A stretch of DNA of 64,000 nt from Oscillospiraceae bacterium (GCA_902788505.1 CADAKH010000002.1:1-64000), one strand, 5' to 3'. Counted from the first letter of the stretch, positions 8,690 through 18,300 are shown. Program-made: numbers and translations. The notes: generated by a model from the sequence alone, not told the origin.

Positions 8690-9979
8690 ATGGCAGTTGA
8701 AGCTATTAGCGTAATCAAGTACGAAGGCAGTAATGAAGTACTTGCCCACAAGCACGAAAAAGAAGACTTTACGATCGGCTCACAGCTGATAGTTCATGAG
8801 TCACAGGAAGCGCTTTTCTTCCGCGACGGTAAGGTCTTCGATCAGTTCACTGCAGGCAGACACACTCTCGTTACCAACAACATTCCGAAGGTTCGTGATT
8901 ACATGAAGCTCGGAACCGGCGGTATCAATGTTTTCCACTGCGAAGTATACTTCATCAATATGGTTACCCAGATGGGTATCAGATGGGGTACTGACAGCAA
9001 GGTAAGACTTTTTGATCCTGCATCAGGACTTCATGTTGAGATTGGCGCATCCGGCAATTTCAATATGAGAGTCACCGATGCACGCAAGCTCATCTTAAAG
9101 CTTGTAGGTACAACTGACGGACTTCTTCAGAGCGATGTTACCGGCGAAGGCAAGTCCTACGGCACCGGCATGTTCAAGGCTCTGATCGTCAACAAGGTCA
9201 AGGCTAATCTCGCACGCATCATCAAGGAAGAGAATCTCAATATTCTTGAGATCGATGCATATCTTGATGTTTTGTCCGCCAAGCTTATGGTAGACATCAA
9301 TGAGACTTTGGATGAATACGGTCTCACGATGCCCGAGTTCTACGTAACTTCGATCGTAACTCCCGATGACGATCCGAACTTCGTAAGACTTAAGCAGCAG
9401 TTCGCTGACAAGACTCTGAAGGTAAGAGAAGAAGAAGTCAGAAAGGCTGAGGCTGAAGCAGCTCAGCAGAGAAAGATCGTTGAAGCCCAGACAGAGGCTC
9501 AGCTCAAGGCTGTCAATGCACAGGGAGAAGCTGACGCTATCCGCATCAAGGCTCAGGCAGAGGCTGAAGCTTACAAGATGAAGGCTGAGGCAGAGGCTGC
9601 CGAGATGCAGATGAAGGGTTACACCTACAGAGACGAGACAGCACGTCAGGTCGGCCTCGAAGCAATGCAGAACGGCATCACAGGCGGCGGCAACGGCGGC
9701 GGAGCTGCCGGCGGTATCGGCGATGTTGCTTCTCTCGGTGTTACACTCGGCGCAATGGGCGGCGTTATCAACATGACGAAGGATGCAATGGCTCCTATCA
9801 TGGGTGAGTCTCAAAAGGTCGGCGAAGGTTTCGGCAACGTTGTTTCAGGCAATACTCCTGATGCATCCGCAGCTCCTTCTGCTCCTGCTGAGGGCGCATG
9901 GAACTGCCCTAACTGCGGCAAGACCGGAATCACATCAAGATTCTGTCCTGACTGCGGCGCTTCAAGACCTGTTCAGTAA
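8690..9979 (+). CDS. SPFH/band-7 (stomatin/prohibitin-like, COG4260-type) protein with a coiled coil and a C-terminal zinc ribbon
   Basis: N-terminus MAVEAISVIKYEG...FFRDGKVFDQFTAGRH is typical of band-7 proteins that end in a zinc ribbon. There is an Ala/Glu-rich coiled coil and a Gly-rich segment, and the C-terminus reads CPNCG..CPDCG. Confidence 0.7.
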   Translation: MAVEAISVIKYEGSNEVLAHKHEKEDFTIGSQLIVHESQEALFFRDGKVFDQFTAGRHTLVTNNIPKVRDYMKLGTGGINVFHCEVYFINMVTQMGIRWGTDSKVRLFDPASGLHVEIGASGNFNMRVTDARKLILKLVGTTDGLLQSDVTGEGKSYGTGMFKALIVNKVKANLARIIKEENLNILEIDAYLDVLSAKLMVDINETLDEYGLTMPEFYVTSIVTPDDDPNFVRLKQQFADKTLKVREEEVRKAEAEAAQQRKIVEAQTEAQLKAVNAQGEADAIRIKAQAEAEAYKMKAEAEAAEMQMKGYTYRDETARQVGLEAMQNGITGGGNGGGAAGGIGDVASLGVTLGAMGGVINMTKDAMAPIMGESQKVGEGFGNVVSGNTPDASAAPSAPAEGAWNCPNCGKTGITSRFCPDCGASRPVQ

Positions 9980-10061
9980 GACGGAAGCATTGTATCTGAA
10001 GCAGCAGTTTCGGCATTTAATCCGAAGAGCAGCTTCAGAGTTAAAACTGAATTAAATAAAA

Positions 10062-10093
10062 CGGCGGGGAGCGAAAATGCTCTCCGCTTTTTG
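10062..10093 (+). terminator. Rho-independent terminator after the SPFH gene
   Basis: GCGGGGAGC-GAAAAT-GCTCTCCGC followed by TTTTT. Confidence 0.55.
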
Positions 10094-10211
10094 TGTCTTA
10101 AGGGCACTTTTCAATATAGTCTCAGCCCCTAAAACTGAACTGACAGTCCGATTATCGTACCGGCGGTTCGATTTTAGGGAGTTGAAGATACTTTATTTCG
10201 AGCAGAAAAGC

Positions 10212-11039
10212 TCAGTCCTTTACACCTATATTAAGGGCTTTGTGAGGGCAGGCATGCACGCAGTCGCCGCAGCGTATGCACTCACAGCTGTTGGGGTTCA
10301 CCGAAGGATTGATATTCATCTTGCAGGCTTTTGCGCAAGCATTGCAGCCGGTACATTTACTCTTGTCGAAACGCATGCGGTACATGGAGATCCTGTTGAA
10401 AAAACCGTAGATCGCGCCTAGGGGACAGATGTATTTGCAAAAGGGCCTGTAAATTATGAGACTTCCCACAAGTATAAGGCCGAGAATAACGAGTTTCAGG
10501 CTGAACAGAGGGCCTAACTGGCCTGCGACCTGTTTGTCTGCGGCGGCGAGAAAGATGCCGGCTACGGTTCCTGAAGGGCAGATGTATTTGCAGAAGAACG
10601 GTGTCAGCTTAAAGCAGAACGGAAGGATCAGCACGAAAAGCGCAAGGACCACATACTTGAAATAGCGTAAGTATTTGTCGAGTTTGAATTCGTTTTTCTT
10701 GAAGAAAGGTATCTTGTACAGAAGGTCCTGCAAAAAACCGAACGGACAAAGAAAACCGCATACCGCACGGCCGATGAGCGCTCCTGTAAAGATCAGTATT
10801 CCGGCGACATAGTAAGGGAGCTTGAACTTCATTCCGCTCAGGTATGTCTGCAAAGATCCGACGGGGCAGGCTCCGACGGCGCCGGGACATGAGTAACAGT
10901 TGAGACCGGGAACACAGACGGATTTGGACGGTCCCTGATAGATCTTTCCTTCAAAAAATCCTTTGAAGTTCGCGTTCTGGAGCAGTGTTGCTGCTGCCTG
11001 GATCGAATGTCTTATCCACTTTTTAGCCAATTCCGACAC
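10212..11039 (-). CDS. NapH/MauN-like 4Fe-4S-binding integral membrane protein (polyferredoxin-type)
   Basis: Repeated CxxC..CP motifs (CPFGFLQD, CKYICPSG, CKYICPLG), a C-terminal 2x[4Fe-4S] ferredoxin motif CTGCNACAKAC...CIRCGDCVHACP, and TM helices. It uses a GTG start. Confidence 0.75.
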   Translation of the reverse strand: MSELAKKWIRHSIQAAATLLQNANFKGFFEGKIYQGPSKSVCVPGLNCYSCPGAVGACPVGSLQTYLSGMKFKLPYYVAGILIFTGALIGRAVCGFLCPFGFLQDLLYKIPFFKKNEFKLDKYLRYFKYVVLALFVLILPFCFKLTPFFCKYICPSGTVAGIFLAAADKQVAGQLGPLFSLKLVILGLILVGSLIIYRPFCKYICPLGAIYGFFNRISMYRMRFDKSKCTGCNACAKACKMNINPSVNPNSCECIRCGDCVHACPHKALNIGVKD

Positions 11040-11160
11040 ACTCCATACAGATCTTCGCTGCCTTGGCGAGAACGGAATCCGGTTGTTTCAAAGCGATCCC
11101 CACGATTATGAGGATTATTCCGGCGGCTATAAGTGAGATTGTTATGATGCGTTTGCGCAT
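11023..11160 (-). CDS. Small (45 aa) single-TM CXXC-motif peptide, overlapping the start of the NapH-like gene; absent from the ORF track
   Basis: The reverse strand translates to MRKRIITISLIAAGIILIIVGIALKQPDSVLAKAAKICMECVGIG. It sits between the TlpA-like and NapH-like genes and overlaps the latter by 17 nt. It resembles the small CXXC proteins that accompany NapH-like genes in clostridia. Confidence 0.5.
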   Translation of the reverse strand: MRKRIITISLIAAGIILIIVGIALKQPDSVLAKAAKICMECVGIG

Positions 11161-11164
11161 ATAA

Positions 11165-11794
11165 TCAGAGATACTTGCTTATCAGTGATTCCCATTCTGC
11201 ATAGGATTTGGAACCTATGACACTTCCGGTTCCGTCCGACATGGTTATTACGTGACCTGTGCTGTCGATCAGTATGGTCGTGGGAACATAACCTGTCTGG
11301 AATCTGTCGAATTCACCGGTGTAGTGGAGAATGGGATATGTTACATTGTTGTTGTTGAGAATCTCGGCTACATCGTTCTCCATACTTGTCTCTTCGTAGA
11401 CACCGAGGATCACGAAGCCTTTGTCCTTGTAGTTCTCGTAAAGGCGCTCAAGATCAGGGATCTCGCCGACACAGGGGCCGCACCACGGTTCCCAGAAGTT
11501 GATCATCGTAAGCTTGTTGGAACTTATGGACTGTTCGTTCCAGACATTGCCGTCCCTGTCAGTTGTCTCGAATGTGAACTCGGGATCAAATCCTTCGTTT
11601 GCCGAAGATTCGGTCTCATTATTGCCGGATGAGAAATCTTCGGTTGTGACAGCAACTTCAGTAGTGTTGACGTCAGGTTTTTCGCCGGCTCCGGAATCAT
11701 TGCGACCAGAAGATTTGCCTTTATTGGATGAACTGCAGGAAGCAACGGACAATACCATTGCACCGCATAAGATTACCGATAAAAGTTTTTTCAT
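11165..11794 (-). CDS. TlpA/ResA-like thiol-disulfide oxidoreductase lipoprotein (thioredoxin fold)
   Basis: Lipoprotein signal (LSVASCSS) and the thioredoxin active site WEPWCGPCV. Confidence 0.8.
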   Translation of the reverse strand: MKKLLSVILCGAMVLSVASCSSSNKGKSSGRNDSGAGEKPDVNTTEVAVTTEDFSSGNNETESSANEGFDPEFTFETTDRDGNVWNEQSISSNKLTMINFWEPWCGPCVGEIPDLERLYENYKDKGFVILGVYEETSMENDVAEILNNNNVTYPILHYTGEFDRFQTGYVPTTILIDSTGHVITMSDGTGSVIGSKSYAEWESLISKYL

Positions 11795-11939
11795 AATGCA
11801 CTCCGTTAAGCGTGTTAATTATTGGAGTTATTATATCATCCGCATAATTGCAGTTTGTGGAAATTGTAAGTCAGTGCAACTTTTCACGCCGGGAATCTGT
11901 TTTTAGGGCATAAAGCAAATTACAAATGATTTTTGGAGG

Positions 11940-13253
11940 ATGATAAAAATGAAGATTTGCTCAACAAAAGATTTAAGGGTGATGACAGGTATCATGGCGG
12001 CGTCTGTTCTTCTCGGAGGATGCACAGTTAACACAAATACAAACACCATTGTTTTGAAAAATGACCCCAACCTTAAGACCGAGATCAACCTGAATGAGGT
12101 AACAACAACAGAATACGATGCTGAAGAGATGGATAAGCTCTACAGGGAATACTGCTTCAACCTTTTCAGCCAGACGGTAAAGGATTACGGTTCAGGTTCA
12201 AATGTCATGATCTCACCCGCATCTATCATGATCGCACTCGACATGGTTGCCGCAGGTGCAAAAGGCGAGACATTGGATCAGCTTACAAATCTTTTCGCGG
12301 CAGGACAGGGACCTCTTACACAGCAGGCTTATGCATCAGATCTTATGGATAGGATCAATGAGGCAAAAGAGGTTGAGTTCGCATGTGCGAATGCTGTTTG
12401 GAGCAACAAGGCGCTTCTGGGCGATAAGGTAAATCTTGAATATGTCAGTTATATTCAGGACACATTCAATGCCGATTACAGAGTAAAGGACAATTTCGAC
12501 GATAAGACTGTTAAAGAGATCAACGACTGGACCTACGAGCATACAGATAAGATGATCGAAGAAGTCGTAGATAACCTTAACCCCGAGACCGTTATGGTAC
12601 TTGTAAATGCAATTGCTTTTGACGGCAAGTGGGCAGATCCTTATGACGAGTCACAGGTAAGAGACGGCGAGTTCACCAACAGCGAAGCCGAAGCACAGAA
12701 TGTTAAGTTCCTTCACGGCTGTGAGAACACATACTTTGAGACTGAGAAGGCTACAGGCTTCATGAAGGCTTATGAAGGCGGACAGTATTCATTCCTCGTT
12801 ATCCTTCCTTCAGATGAATCAGTTAATGCAAATGATTTTGCCGCAGGCTTCACAGCTGAAGACTACGAGAAGTTCATCGCAAGCCGTACCGGCGAATACG
12901 AAGTAATTACTGCAGTACCGGTATTTGAGTCTGATTTTGAATACACAGTCAATGACACATTGAAGAACCTTGGTGCAAACGATGTATTCTCTGAAGGCGG
13001 CGCTGACCTTTCGGGAATCGCAGGCAGTCAGGGTGACCTCTTTGTTTCTAAAGTAATTCACAAGACACATATCGAAGTTGACGCCGAAGGCACCAGAGCA
13101 GCTGCTGTTACAGCCGTAATGGTAGATGCTGCCGGATGCATGCCCAATGAAGATCAGTACCGTTATGTTGAGTGCTACAGACCTTTCGTTTATGCGATCG
13201 TTGATAACGAGACAATGGCTCCTGTATTTGTCGGAACAGTGAACAGTATTTAA
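11940..13253 (+). CDS. Serpin (serine protease inhibitor) family lipoprotein
   Basis: Lipobox (LLGGCT). Serpin core NVMISPASIMIALDMVAAGAKGETLDQL, a hinge and reactive-centre loop AEGTRAAAVTAVMVDAAG, and C-terminus PFVYAIVD. Confidence 0.85.
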   Translation: MIKMKICSTKDLRVMTGIMAASVLLGGCTVNTNTNTIVLKNDPNLKTEINLNEVTTTEYDAEEMDKLYREYCFNLFSQTVKDYGSGSNVMISPASIMIALDMVAAGAKGETLDQLTNLFAAGQGPLTQQAYASDLMDRINEAKEVEFACANAVWSNKALLGDKVNLEYVSYIQDTFNADYRVKDNFDDKTVKEINDWTYEHTDKMIEEVVDNLNPETVMVLVNAIAFDGKWADPYDESQVRDGEFTNSEAEAQNVKFLHGCENTYFETEKATGFMKAYEGGQYSFLVILPSDESVNANDFAAGFTAEDYEKFIASRTGEYEVITAVPVFESDFEYTVNDTLKNLGANDVFSEGGADLSGIAGSQGDLFVSKVIHKTHIEVDAEGTRAAAVTAVMVDAAGCMPNEDQYRYVECYRPFVYAIVDNETMAPVFVGTVNSI

Positions 13254-13396
13254 TGCAGGTTTGATAGCACCTGTCTTGAAGCACGGCGAAAAACTGTATT
13301 AAAAGTCAATCAAAATCCCGAGTTTGACTTGCTATAATATGCGGAGTGTCCGGAGAGATTCCGGCACTCCGTATTATTTATACCCGAGGTAACAGT

Positions 13397-14062
13397 TTGG
13401 AAACTGCTGAGAAGAAAAGTCTTTTTAAGAAGATCTTATATGTTGTTGTGACATTGCTCCCGATGGCTATCTATATGGTCTTTTATATGCCCACATTTTT
13501 CTGGGTCGAGAGCCTTGAGCCCGCCGGCGGATTCCATATCATTCATACTGCGGTAGATAACATGATCCCTGTCGTTGAGGTGTTCATTATTCCGTATGCA
13601 CTGTGGCTTCCTTATCTGGTTATCGGCATGATCGCCATTGCGATCAGAAGCAGAAAACTCTCAAGAAAGACATCTTACATGCTCATGGCAGGCATGACAC
13701 TTTTCATTGTTATTTCACTGGTATATCCGAATGCGCTGGAACTCCGCGCCGCTATTCCCGACCGTCAGAATATCTTCATGGATCTTATAAAGTATCTTCA
13801 CTCTATAGACACTCCGACAGATGTGCTCCCGAGCCTTCATGTCTACGATGCCATAGTAGTTGCAGCCGGACTTCACCTTACATTCAGGGATAAGAAGGTC
13901 ATGCTTGTTCTAAGTGATATTCTTACTGTGCTGATCGTTCTTTCAACAATGTTTATCAAGCAGCATTCGATAATCGATGTTATCTCCGCAATAATTCTTT
14001 TTATCCCGGTATTCATCGTTATCTGTTTTGTTATTAAACCCGTTGGGAAAAAGAAAGATTAA
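13397..14062 (+). CDS. PAP2-superfamily-like integral membrane protein (phosphatase or phosphotransferase type)
   Basis: 6 TM helices with PSLHV and HSIIDV motifs resembling PAP2 C2/C3. A TTG start at 13397 is preferred because it follows GAGGT. The ORF-track GTG start at 13346 sits inside a 5' hairpin. Confidence 0.45.
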   Translation: METAEKKSLFKKILYVVVTLLPMAIYMVFYMPTFFWVESLEPAGGFHIIHTAVDNMIPVVEVFIIPYALWLPYLVIGMIAIAIRSRKLSRKTSYMLMAGMTLFIVISLVYPNALELRAAIPDRQNIFMDLIKYLHSIDTPTDVLPSLHVYDAIVVAAGLHLTFRDKKVMLVLSDILTVLIVLSTMFIKQHSIIDVISAIILFIPVFIVICFVIKPVGKKKD

Positions 14063-14841
14063 GTATTTGCCCTTTCCTTGCGGAAAAGCCTGAAGCGGCC
14101 TTTCGTTACCACAAAGATTATCATCGCGATTACGGCACCGAATGATTCTGTCAGAAGATCTGTCATCGTGTCGTGAAGACCAATATCCAGATAGCCGCTG
14201 ACCTCAAGTGACTGGCCGTTAATTATTACCTCTTCGATACTGTCAATGCCGTTGGTGATGCCGGCTTCGGAGCTTAATGTGTAAGAGGTGATCGAATTTA
14301 CGACCGTATCACTCTGCATGTCCATTCTGAAAAACAGGTCGCAGCCGTATTCGGCAAATTCCCAGAATACCGATAGTGTCACGGAGAAGAAGAGCCCGAA
14401 GAAAGCGGCAAGCATCAGATTGTTTGATGTTTTTCCGGAGCGGTCCATTTTGTATGCGATCTCGAACCCTGCAAGGGCAAATACTATTCCGCCCGTAAAA
14501 TGAAGGAGTTCATCCCACCAGGACCAGATGTAATAAAGCCCATAGGAATGGCCGAGCATGGGGCAGACTGCATAGATAATGCAAAGGATATAGACGGGGA
14601 GCGAGAGCTTCTTTTTTGACAGCTTCTCAATGAGTAGCGGAAGAATTAAAAGGAGTGTCGTCAGACCGGCAAGAATAGCCTTGGTCATGACACCGTCTGC
14701 GAGCATTCTGAAAAATGAGAATATGGTGAATGCTTCCCCGACGATAAAGAGAATGATCTTGATCCACTCTGTTTTTCCGGAAGTGTTGTTGCTCATAGAT
14801 TCCCGCTTTTTTAGTAGATTGTCCCCCGATGACAGGCTCAT
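14059..14841 (-). CDS. Hypothetical polytopic membrane protein
   Basis: 6 predicted TM helices; no motif recognised. Confidence 0.45.
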   Translation of the reverse strand: MSLSSGDNLLKKRESMSNNTSGKTEWIKIILFIVGEAFTIFSFFRMLADGVMTKAILAGLTTLLLILPLLIEKLSKKKLSLPVYILCIIYAVCPMLGHSYGLYYIWSWWDELLHFTGGIVFALAGFEIAYKMDRSGKTSNNLMLAAFFGLFFSVTLSVFWEFAEYGCDLFFRMDMQSDTVVNSITSYTLSSEAGITNGIDSIEEVIINGQSLEVSGYLDIGLHDTMTDLLTESFGAVIAMIIFVVTKGRFRLFRKERANT

Positions 14842-14911
14842 TATAACATTAGATTAAAAAAGCCCTCCTTGCCAATGGCAAAGAGGGCGTAAAACTCTTT
14901 TATGATGCAGA

Positions 14912-16306
14912 TCAATCGTTCTCGAACTCGACAACGAGCTGGGATACTGTCTGCTTGGCATCGCCGTAGATCATGACGGTGTTATCCATCGTGAAGAGCG
15001 GGTTCTCGATACCGGAGAAACCTGTACCCTGACCACGCTTCAGGACGAATACCGTACGTGCCTCGTAAGCATTTACGATAGGCATGCCGTAGATAGGTGA
15101 TGACTCGTCGTTGATGGCAGCGGGGTTAACAACGTCGTTAGCGCCGATGACGATAGCGATATCTGTATTAGGCATCTGAGGATTCATCTCATCTGCTGTC
15201 TTGAGCTGTTCATAAGGAACATTAGCTTCTGCAAGGAGAACGTTCATGTGACCCGGCATACGTCCTGCAACAGGGTGGATGGCGAAGTTAACTTCACAGC
15301 CGTTCTCTTCGAGTACGTCACAGAGTTCCTTAACAGCGTGCTGAGCCTGGGCAACAGCCATACCGTAACCGGGTACGAATACAACGCTCTTAGCTGCTTC
15401 GAGAATAAGGAATGCATCCTCAACAGACATTGACTTGGGCTCCTTGTGCTCGCCCTCTGCAGCTGCTGCCTTCTTCTTGGTTGTCTTGAAGAGGAGTGAT
15501 ACGAATGACTTGTTCATAGCCTTGCACATGATGAGTGTAAGGATGACGCCTGAAGCACCTACGAGACAGCCGGATACGACGAGCACCGTGTTGCCGATAG
15601 GGAAGCCTGCGAATGCGGCAGCAAGACCGGAGAGTGCATTGAGGAATGAGATGATAACCGGCATGTCGCCGCCGCCGATCGTGATAACCAGCGTAACGCC
15701 AAGTACCAGTGATGAAAGTGTTGTGATGATGACACCTGCTACACCAAGACCGCCGTCAGGTGAGATGCAGATGAAGAGGATGCCGAGAGCTGCAACAGCG
15801 AGGATTCCCGCATTGATGAAGTTCTTGCCGGGGATAACGAAATTCTTCTTGAAGATCGCAAGGCCTGCAAGCTTGCCCCATGCGATGAGCGAACCTGTGA
15901 AAGCAACTGCACCGATGAGGATCGTAAGACCTAATGTAAGACCTGAGAAAGCATCCTCTGTAACGCCGGCAGTGAACTGTGAGATAGCTACGAGCATTGA
16001 GGAAAGGCCGCCGAAACCGTTGAAAAGAGCAACGAGCTGGGGCATTCCGGTCATCTCGACCTTCTTGGACCAGATAAAGCCTACAACGCTTCCGCCTGCG
16101 ATAGCGAAGATGATAAGGAGATAGCTTACAAGTCCGCCGTCGATAACATCCTGTGAGATAAGGACTGCTACGACTGCTATAAGCATACCGACTGAAGAAT
16201 AAAGGTTACCCTTACGTGCGGTATCTGCTTTTCCGAGTTTCTTTATGCCCATGATGAAGAGGACACAGGAAATCATGTAAAGAACTATGCAAATATAGTC
16301 ACTCAT
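14912..16306 (-). CDS. pntB: NAD(P) transhydrogenase subunit beta
   Basis: Multi-TM N-terminus. The C-terminal NADP(H)-binding domain carries GYGMAVAQAQ and MNVLLAEANVPY. Confidence 0.9.
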   Translation of the reverse strand: MSDYICIVLYMISCVLFIMGIKKLGKADTARKGNLYSSVGMLIAVVAVLISQDVIDGGLVSYLLIIFAIAGGSVVGFIWSKKVEMTGMPQLVALFNGFGGLSSMLVAISQFTAGVTEDAFSGLTLGLTILIGAVAFTGSLIAWGKLAGLAIFKKNFVIPGKNFINAGILAVAALGILFICISPDGGLGVAGVIITTLSSLVLGVTLVITIGGGDMPVIISFLNALSGLAAAFAGFPIGNTVLVVSGCLVGASGVILTLIMCKAMNKSFVSLLFKTTKKKAAAAEGEHKEPKSMSVEDAFLILEAAKSVVFVPGYGMAVAQAQHAVKELCDVLEENGCEVNFAIHPVAGRMPGHMNVLLAEANVPYEQLKTADEMNPQMPNTDIAIVIGANDVVNPAAINDESSPIYGMPIVNAYEARTVFVLKRGQGTGFSGIENPLFTMDNTVMIYGDAKQTVSQLVVEFEND

Positions 16307-16617
16307 TTCTTGGGAGCCTCCTTCTTCTTGAACATTGCGAGCATTCTGTCAGTTACGAAGTATCCGCCGATAACGTTGACAGTTGCGAAGAAGATCGCGA
16401 TAGTACCGAGAATGATTCCGAATACATGATTACCGGATGCATTGATCGCTGTGGCAGCGATAGCACCGACGATCGTGATTCCGGAGATAGCGTTCGTACC
16501 GCTCATGAGAGGGGTATGAAGCTGTGAAGGAACCTTCGAGATGAGCTCGACACCTAAATAGGCGGCGATAATGAATACGAAGATCAAGAGCATGATCGTA
16601 TCTGTGGAAATTTCCAT
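16303..16617 (-). CDS. pntAB: NAD(P) transhydrogenase subunit alpha part 2 (membrane)
   Basis: A 104-aa, 3-TM protein between pntAA and pntB, with overlapping stops and starts. Confidence 0.85.
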   Translation of the reverse strand: MEISTDTIMLLIFVFIIAAYLGVELISKVPSQLHTPLMSGTNAISGITIVGAIAATAINASGNHVFGIILGTIAIFFATVNVIGGYFVTDRMLAMFKKKEAPKK

Positions 16618-16620
16618 ATA

Positions 16621-17754
16621 TTAAGCCTCCTTAAATCTCTCGTGTATGATGGCTCCGCCCTGTGTAAGGAGGCAGCCCTTCATGATCTCGTCAGAAAGGT
16701 TGACCTCAAATTCCTTGGACTCCTTGTTGTAGAAGTGTGTAAGGAATGCGGAGATATTGCCGGAGAGCATCTTTGAAGCATCCCACGGTACCTGGCGCTG
16801 CAGCTCGTCACCCGGAAGGATGATTACGCCGTTATCTGTGATAACCTCTTCGCCCGGCTTGGAACCTTCAACGTTACCGCCTGTTGAAACAGCCATATCC
16901 ACGATGATGGAACCGGGCTGCATACGGTCGATAACATTCTTTTCGATGAGGACAGGAGCCTTGCGGCCGAACACCTTGGCGGTGGTAATTACGATATTTG
17001 CTTTCTCGCAGACCTTGGCCTGTGCTTCCTTCTGCTTTGCGATCTGCTCGGGAGTAAGTTCCTTTGCATAACCCTGATCTGTCTGGCCCATTTCGCCGAG
17101 ATCGATCTTTACGAAGTTTGCACCAAGTGACTTGACCTGTTCTTCTACGACCGGTCTAGTATCGAATGCATCAACACGTGCACCGAGTCTCTTTGCAGTA
17201 GCGATAGCCTGGAGTCCTGCAACGCCTACGCCGATAACAAATACTCTGGCAGGATTGATTGTTCCTGCAGGTGTAACCATCATCGGAAGGATCTTGGGCA
17301 TGCGTGCTGCGGCATTTAATACTGCAACATAACCTGCGAGTGAAGTCTGAGAAGACTGAACGTCCATCTTCTGTGCGAGAGTTGTTCTGGGGATCATCTC
17401 GAGAGATACTGCCTGAATATTGTTCTTGGCAAATCCGTTAAGGAGATCCTTCTCGTTGAAGGGATCAAGATAGCTGATGTGAACAGTATCAGGGTTCATG
17501 CCGTTTGCTGAATCGGGTTTAAGGATCCTGACAACAATCTCGGCATCCTTAAGACCTGTCTTCTCGGTCTTAACGATCTTTGCGCCGGCTTGTTCGTAAT
17601 CCGCATCTGTAAAGCCGCTCTTGAGACCTGCACCGCTGACAACCGTGAACTCAAAGCCCATTCCTGTAAGCTTTTTGATGTCATCGGGAATAAGGGCAAC
17701 ACGAGTCTCGGCAGGCAGACTTTCCTTGCATACCAGAACTTTCTTCATTTGCAC
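16621..17754 (-). CDS. pntAA: NAD(P) transhydrogenase subunit alpha part 1 (alanine dehydrogenase/PNT fold)
   Basis: Rossmann motif VFVIGVGVAGLQAIATAKRLGARV; dI domain. Confidence 0.9.
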   Translation of the reverse strand: MQMKKVLVCKESLPAETRVALIPDDIKKLTGMGFEFTVVSGAGLKSGFTDADYEQAGAKIVKTEKTGLKDAEIVVRILKPDSANGMNPDTVHISYLDPFNEKDLLNGFAKNNIQAVSLEMIPRTTLAQKMDVQSSQTSLAGYVAVLNAAARMPKILPMMVTPAGTINPARVFVIGVGVAGLQAIATAKRLGARVDAFDTRPVVEEQVKSLGANFVKIDLGEMGQTDQGYAKELTPEQIAKQKEAQAKVCEKANIVITTAKVFGRKAPVLIEKNVIDRMQPGSIIVDMAVSTGGNVEGSKPGEEVITDNGVIILPGDELQRQVPWDASKMLSGNISAFLTHFYNKESKEFEVNLSDEIMKGCLLTQGGAIIHERFKEA

Positions 17755-18261
17755 ACCTCTTCTGACTTGGATTTAAGTAGATAGAAATCTACACTTTAAG
17801 CTATTGAATTATAGCACGATATTGAGCAACTTGCTCGAAATGTACGCATAGTTTTGAGCGCATCCGGGAATGTTTTTCAATGTGATTAGATTTGATGCAG
17901 ATCACGGATCAGTTCAAGCCTTTTTGACTTCGCGCCGGCCCGTGTCATACTGACCTACGGGTAAAAGTCCGCTTATTAGTTTTTTACATGTAGGTGGCGG
18001 GGTATATTGGCCTGATCTGAAGCCGGTGCTGTTCGGTTTTACCCATGAAGACGTTTTTTCGACCGCGAAAAGCATGACTTGCGGTTGCGGCGGCCATTCA
18101 AATACGCATAAACTGGTAAAAACTACGGGCAAAATAATTCTGTTTCTGATTTTTACGGGTAGGCGGCCTTCCAAAAGTCGTCATATACCCCCTGGGGGTA
18201 TACAGCTTGGAACGGGAAACGCAAGAGCAGAGGCTGCGACACGAATACACCGCAAAGGCAT

Positions 18262-18300
18262 GCAATTAAAAGGTGCTGCCTTGAATCAAGACAGCACCTG
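18262..18300 (-). terminator. Rho-independent terminator for the gene at 18321..19799
   Basis: AGGTGCTG...CAGCACCT stem followed on the minus strand by TTTAATT. Confidence 0.5.

Noticed and set aside
9095-9814. 239-aa minus-strand ORF antisense to the SPFH gene
   Set aside because: It arises from the repetitive GCT/GAG (Ala/Glu) coding repeats of the coiled coil. Its Cys/Ser/Leu-rich low-complexity translation is a typical shadow ORF.
13254-13345. Weak hairpin CAGGT...ACCTG after the serpin gene as its terminator
   Set aside because: Only a 5-bp stem without a U-tract. Termination may occur at the stronger downstream hairpin, or be Rho-dependent.
15435-16124. 229-aa + strand ORF inside pntB (antisense)
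   Set aside because: Shadow ORF within a well-conserved gene; the Pro/Ala/Thr-rich translation has no motifs.
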